A DNA stretch of 63,950 nucleotides, filler included, from Octopus bimaculoides (Eukaryota), in assembly GCF_001194135.2 (NCBI RefSeq). It is 5 parts of 3 records of this genome, joined end to end, with 100 filler letters (N's around TTAATTAATTAA, not from the genome) between each part and the next. Parts side by side here need not be neighbours in the genome. Positions count along the whole stretch, not along the records: positions 59,330 to 62,653 come from NC_068982.1; positions 62,754 to 63,950 come from NC_068982.1; 3 more parts are not named here. The stretch is one strand, 5' to 3'. Position numbers and translations under genes: made by a program. Within the stretch, counting starts at the first letter, position 1. Each line of letters opens with the position of its first letter. Below, piece after piece: positions 59,946 to 63,950 of the stretch. The notes under the pieces were generated by a model, which did no database searches, was not told where the DNA came from, and worked only from the letters and a program-made list of their open reading frames with translations.

Positions 59946-62189
59946 TTCCCTTCTGTGATAAGCTTTAGTTCATATTTCACCTACGCATCAATTAGCTCTT
60001 TTGATATCCTGAAAGAAAGTTTAACAGCTGGTTGTAATAAAATCAGTGAATGATTTAGAGAAGTGCAGTAGAAACAAGTGTTCAATTTTTCAGCGAATCA
60101 CGCGAACGTATCATTGAAGTTTCGTTAATTTTGTCCAAATTGATGTTGTATTCGATGTAAAGCTGAATTTTTCTGGGAAATAAACTCGTTCATCATCTTC
60201 CAAATGAATATTTACCTACAGAATGTTAGTTTGGTGATCCTGAATAAACCACATCCATATATTGAAAGCATAAACAAATCAGATGTACTATAGATGTGAA
60301 CATAACTTTTGATATATTCTGTGCTCTTATGCATGTAGCCTTGCGCTACTTCTAAAAAAGTGGACAATGTAACCGACTATTTTGCAGCATTAACATCCTT
60401 TGCAAGAACATTAGTTAACACGTTATTCCAGTCTTGCTTTTCCCCGCTTTCATCATATTTATCATACAAGCTAAGAAGCAAGTTTGTCGTATAGTTCAAT
60501 AATATAGTGGCAGATGTGCTGATTAAATGTGAAAACTTCTCGAGTCATGCCGACTAATATGGTTGGTTTCTGGTTTCCATAGAGCATAAATTCTTCACCT
60601 GGACGGCATGCCGGTCTGTGGCAAGATTATTCATCTTTTTTTCAGTTGATTGGATAGACGCAACGTGAAACGAATTGTTTTGCTCAAGATTACAGCGCTT
60701 CCAGTATTCGAAACCACAATCTTACGTTCATGAGTCCCATACTCTAACCACTACGTCACACACATCCACTAGAAAATCTGGTTACATCTATATATTTAAA
60801 TGAATATGTCTTCTATTTTTAAAAAACATTTTTTCATCTGTTCATATGTTCCATTCATTAGACTGCAGCTTTGTGTTGGCTCTGCCATCAAGAATTGTAG
60901 TCGTACGAATTGACAGTTTTTTTCTTCCTTTTTAAACCTGGTATTTATTCTATTAATCTCTATTGCCGAACCGTTGGTTAGAGAGGTAATCACCAAAACC
61001 GAATGTCAAGTAGTGGCGGGGAGAAACACAGACACAAAGACTCATAGAAATATAATTATAAATATCCATATATACATATATATANNNNNNNNNNNNNNNN
61101 NNNNNNNNNNNNNNNNNNNNNNNNNNNNNNNNNNNNNNNNNNNNNNNNNNNNNNNNNNNNNNNNNNNNNNNNNNNNNNNNNNNNNNNNNNNNNNNNNNNN
61201 NNNNNNNNNNNNNNNATATAATCAGAAAATGGAGAAAACCTCAGATTACCAAGCACATCGATTGGACCACATATATAGTTTATTTTTAATACAAAGCATG
61301 ACATAACAAATAGGTGACGTAACAAATCTTACGGCCGTTTCCGCATCCGTTGCCAAACGCTGTCTATAAATATGTGTGGTTACATTCCATTAGGAATGTG
61401 GTAGTGTACAGTACAAAACTCGTCCACCTACAAAATTATCCAGCACTATCGGTATTATTATATATGGCGACAGTCGTGCGTAAATACAAAATTGAAGAAA
61501 TTGGAGTCAAGAAGAAGGAATAAGGTAGGGCACTTATTTATTGTTCGTTACAGTTGTTTCGATGCAACGTATTTCTCGAAGAATACATGTATTTGATTAT
61601 AGAACTGTTTGTTTGTATAATGAGATCTAGTTGTGCTACTTCAGGCGATATACAAGTGTTGTCTGCGTTAGTTTAAAGTCGTCGAATTCAAGGCCATCTC
61701 TTATGTTCCTCATGATTTGAATCTAGAAGCGGCTGATAGACCCATGTTGTGTGCTGCGAGAGAGAGTCTGTTAGACTGTTATGAATGGCAGTAGATGGTA
61801 CTGGCTGGCATTTGAATGGGATAGGTCTTCTATTAGATTACATCTGTGATATATTCTTCATGGATGGCTACATATGTGGATTTTTAAGCCGACCTTTAGT
61901 ATTCAGAAGTCGGATACATACTCACTTACACACACACAGACTCACACATAGACTCTCACGCACAAGCCTATATATATATATATATACTTACATACACTCA
62001 TACATGTACACACATACGTTTCCGTACATGCGCGTATATACATACCCATATCTAGGAAACTATAAATACGTACATATATGCATACATGAAAATACATGCG
62101 TATAATACATATATATGTGTGTGTGTGAGTGTGTGTGAGACTTTGCATGTGACTACTCCAGCTGACACACACATACACTCTCACAAACC

Positions 62190-62227
<38 letters not shown>

Positions 62228-62289
62228 TGTGAGCGTGTGTGTGTGCGTTGACTGGAATAGTCACATGTAAAGTGGGACTTGCAGTGGGA

Positions 62290-62394
62290 CTAGGAAGCGA
62301 ACAGCTTACCACATAGCCACACCCATTTATATACATATTCAACCCCAGCACTTATTCTTTTTAAGCCTAGTACTTATTCTATCAGTTGCTTTTA

Positions 62395-62452
<58 letters not shown>

Positions 62453-62642
62453 NNNNNNNNNNGTGTGTGTGTGTGTGGGTGTGTGGGTGTGTGCGTGTGT
62501 GTGTATGCGATCGGCTTGTTTTGAATTTCCGTCTCCCAAATCCATAATACGAGATGCTTGCTCAAGATGCCGCTCAATGGGACTGAACCTGGAACCATGT
62601 AGTTGGGAAGCAAACTTCTTACCACACAGCCACCCCCGCGCC
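62290..62642 (-). mobile_element. Family-B SINE pieces
   Basis: gggactgaacctggaaccatgtagttgggaagcaaacttcttaccacacagcc is the reverse complement of the head. Confidence 0.75.
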
Positions 62643-62653
62643 TATATAAATAT

Positions 62654-62753
62654 NNNNNNNNNNNNNNNNNNNNNNNNNNNNNNNNNNNNNNNNNNNNTTA
62701 ATTAATTAANNNNNNNNNNNNNNNNNNNNNNNNNNNNNNNNNNNNNNNNNNNN
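62654..62753. other. Artificial scaffold spacer
   Basis: Same 100-bp structure. Confidence 0.95.
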
Positions 62754-63917
62754 ATATATATTTACATACGTGTATATGTATTTAAACACGCACATGCTTA
62801 TATAGAATTATATATTCTTATATGTATATATATGTATTGTGTGTGTCTACATATATGTTCATTTATGTGTGTGTGCGTGTGTAAGTATAGACGCAGTTCT
62901 CGACTATCTGATCTGACACGCACGGCAGGAGGCAGTGAGGGGTGGAGGAGGAGGAGGAGGAGGAGACAGACAAACGAGAGATGAGACCGAGCGGCGGAGA
63001 AGAAAAAAAAATCGCAAAATATAATCACAAAACCAAAAACCTATTACAAAACAAAAGGAAAAAAGAAACAAAAAAAAAATTCCCTTCCCCACCATTGCCG
63101 TCACACGTATTACTTCTCCTCCCCTTCACCACACTTTCACCCGTAGCGAGACATTTTTCCCCTTCACCACCATCTCCTCCCGTCACTTGAACGAATCATC
63201 TCCTCCACCGCACCGTCGCTCGTACCACTTCACCTTCCTGTCACCACCACCGCCATCAGCCTTACTGCAATTCTCCCCACCACTTCCATGAAATACTCAA
63301 CTCCCCGACCGGTTTCCCCCCCTCTCTCTCGTTCTGTTTTCTTTCTCCTCCTTCACTCCTGGCTTCCTCTATTCACGATTCACACACACATAAACACATG
63401 AACAGAACACAAAACGCACATACACTCATATACATACGCAGCCTGCACTCACTCTCACACAAGCATACCGGACACACGAACACATCCTTCGCTCTCTCTC
63501 CTTCTCTGTTACTCTCTCTCTCAAACTACTCTCTCTTTTCCTCGTTTGAGTTGCTTCAGATCTTTATCACCTCTCATATACTCTCTCTCTTTCTCTCTCA
63601 TTATATCATGTTCCTTCTCGTTCTTCCTTCTCTCCTTCTCCCCTGCCCCGTTAATTTATTACTCACACCTCCACCCACCTACCTCACCCACCTTCATCAC
63701 TCCAGTTTTTAAAATTTATTCTCTGTATCAAATTTTAATTTATTTCAAACACACACATACACACTAACATATCAAACACCACACGCATGAACACATGCAG
63801 ACACACACACTAACACACAAACACACAAGCACTAACGCATACAAACCACCACACACGAAAAATGCGCACATTCATACAAGCAGTCACACATCCCGCCACC
63901 AGGAGCGCTCGCTGCTT

Positions 63918-63950
<33 letters not shown>

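Noticed and set aside
62860-63330. Promoter or first exon (gcagtt initiator-like, CpG-containing, purine then pyrimidine tracts)
   Set aside because: It lies on a 1.2-kb segment behind a spacer with no linked coding exon or clear donor; it is suggestive only.

Overview
This is eukaryotic, AT-rich genomic DNA packed with microsatellites. Its SINE repertoire points to an octopod cephalopod (inference). The window is not one contiguous piece: four artificial 100-bp spacers (44N-TTAATTAATTAA-44N) join five separate segments (1-27258, 27359-51677, 51778-59229, 59330-62653, 62754-63950). Two intron-containing genes can be reconstructed with consistent GT-AG sites and phases, both missing their 5' ends at the spacer at 27259-27358. 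The first is a minus-strand gene (5 exons, 26859->20164, 1419 aa seen) encoding a low-complexity protein with a C-terminal SAMD7/SAMD11-like SAM domain. The second is the 3' part of a plus-strand fibrocystin-L (PKHD1L1) gene (19 coding exons plus a terminal exon, 28002-49506). The rest is SINEs, R4/Dong-like LINE tails, Helitron/Helentron pieces, MITEs and microsatellites; no prokaryotic systems, CRISPR or rRNA are present. The best leads are: a tRNA-headed short element carrying a Penelope-type hammerhead ribozyme, present as a head-to-head palindrome (11367-12085); retroelements sitting inside (AAT)n tracts; a five-fold repeated NIAxEIYRE motif and a degenerate SAM end-helix surface in the SAM protein; and a stop codon 3 nt before the last PKHD1L1 splice donor. 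Comparisons with human or fly proteins are from memory and were not run as searches.
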